A stretch of 64,000 nucleotides of DNA from Eledone cirrhosa (lineage: Eukaryota), in the NCBI GenBank assembly GCA_964016885.1, contig OZ024757.1:16988001-17052000 (forward strand). The letters run 5' to 3'. Shown one piece after another: positions 63,412 to 64,000 of this stretch. Positions within the stretch are counted from its first letter, which is position 1; each line of letters opens with the position of its first letter. The notes under the pieces were generated by a model. The model saw nothing but the letters and a program-made list of their open reading frames with translations. It did not search any database and was not told where the DNA came from. A program made the translations under genes and the position numbers.

Positions 63412-63604
63412 ATAGGAAAAAGTATGACCCCGCCGGCAGAGCTCAAGCTGTTTCGACGGCTATTTCTGGACTCGAAACGTCGAAACGGCTTGAGCTCTGC
63501 CGTCGGGGTCATACTTTTTTCCTATTACCCACTCTACTACCCTAAGTATTGAGTACTCTGGTGCGTTAGGGTCCATCTGGTTCCTTACCACAACTCCTTC
63601 GTTA
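63412..63604. mobile_element. GC-rich hairpin element, opposite orientation
   Basis: arms ~63412-63458/63479-63524, tail to 63604, flanked by (TA)n. Confidence 0.8.
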
Positions 63605-63896
63605 TATATATATATCTGAAGATCAACTAAATAATAAATGAGGCCTCAGTGAGGTCATTCGAGCAGCTAGAAATGACAGTCAATTTTCCTCCCAAATCAC
63701 ATCCTACCATTGTAAAGAAGGAAATAGAATACATTAGAGAAAAAGAGATAATGTAGTCATTGATATCTACAAAAAAAGATGGGATGGTCACAACAGGATT
63801 GCTGCGCTGCATCTGATCATGTTTGTTTAGTCGTTGGGAAAGAGAGAGGGCTACAAACACAATATATATATATATATATATACACATGTGTGTATG

Positions 63897-63941
<45 letters not shown>

Positions 63942-64000
63942 TATAATATTCATTTTATTAAGGCTACATAGTGAGACTTGTAACTACAGTTTCGCCTGTT

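Overview
AT-rich, microsatellite-dense eukaryotic genomic DNA; the repeat landscape suggests an octopus-type cephalopod (inference). One protein-coding gene runs on the minus strand: an EHMT1/EHMT2 (GLP/G9a) H3K9 methyltransferase. I can splice 16 phase-consistent exons from 38216 down to 1228 (6777 nt, 2259 codons). They comprise a 4953-nt low-complexity exon, two microexons, the Cys-rich region and the first ankyrin repeats; the remaining ankyrins and the pre-SET/SET domain must lie left of the window. Two candidate 5' exons lie at 48666-48688 and 47793-47823. Introns and the upstream region hold SINEs, RTE and Tx1-like LINE fragments, mariner/pogo-type elements and several minisatellites. 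The most striking unannotated signal is about a dozen minimal type-I hammerhead ribozyme motifs (stem I - CUGANGA - stem II - GAAA - short palindrome - UH - stem I'). They sit in short, often fold-back elements inserted in (TA)n tracts and share a downstream ACTC...GAGTRCT hairpin. This fits non-autonomous Penelope-like retroelement termini whose ribozymes cleave as dimers. Repeat boundaries are read by eye and approximate.
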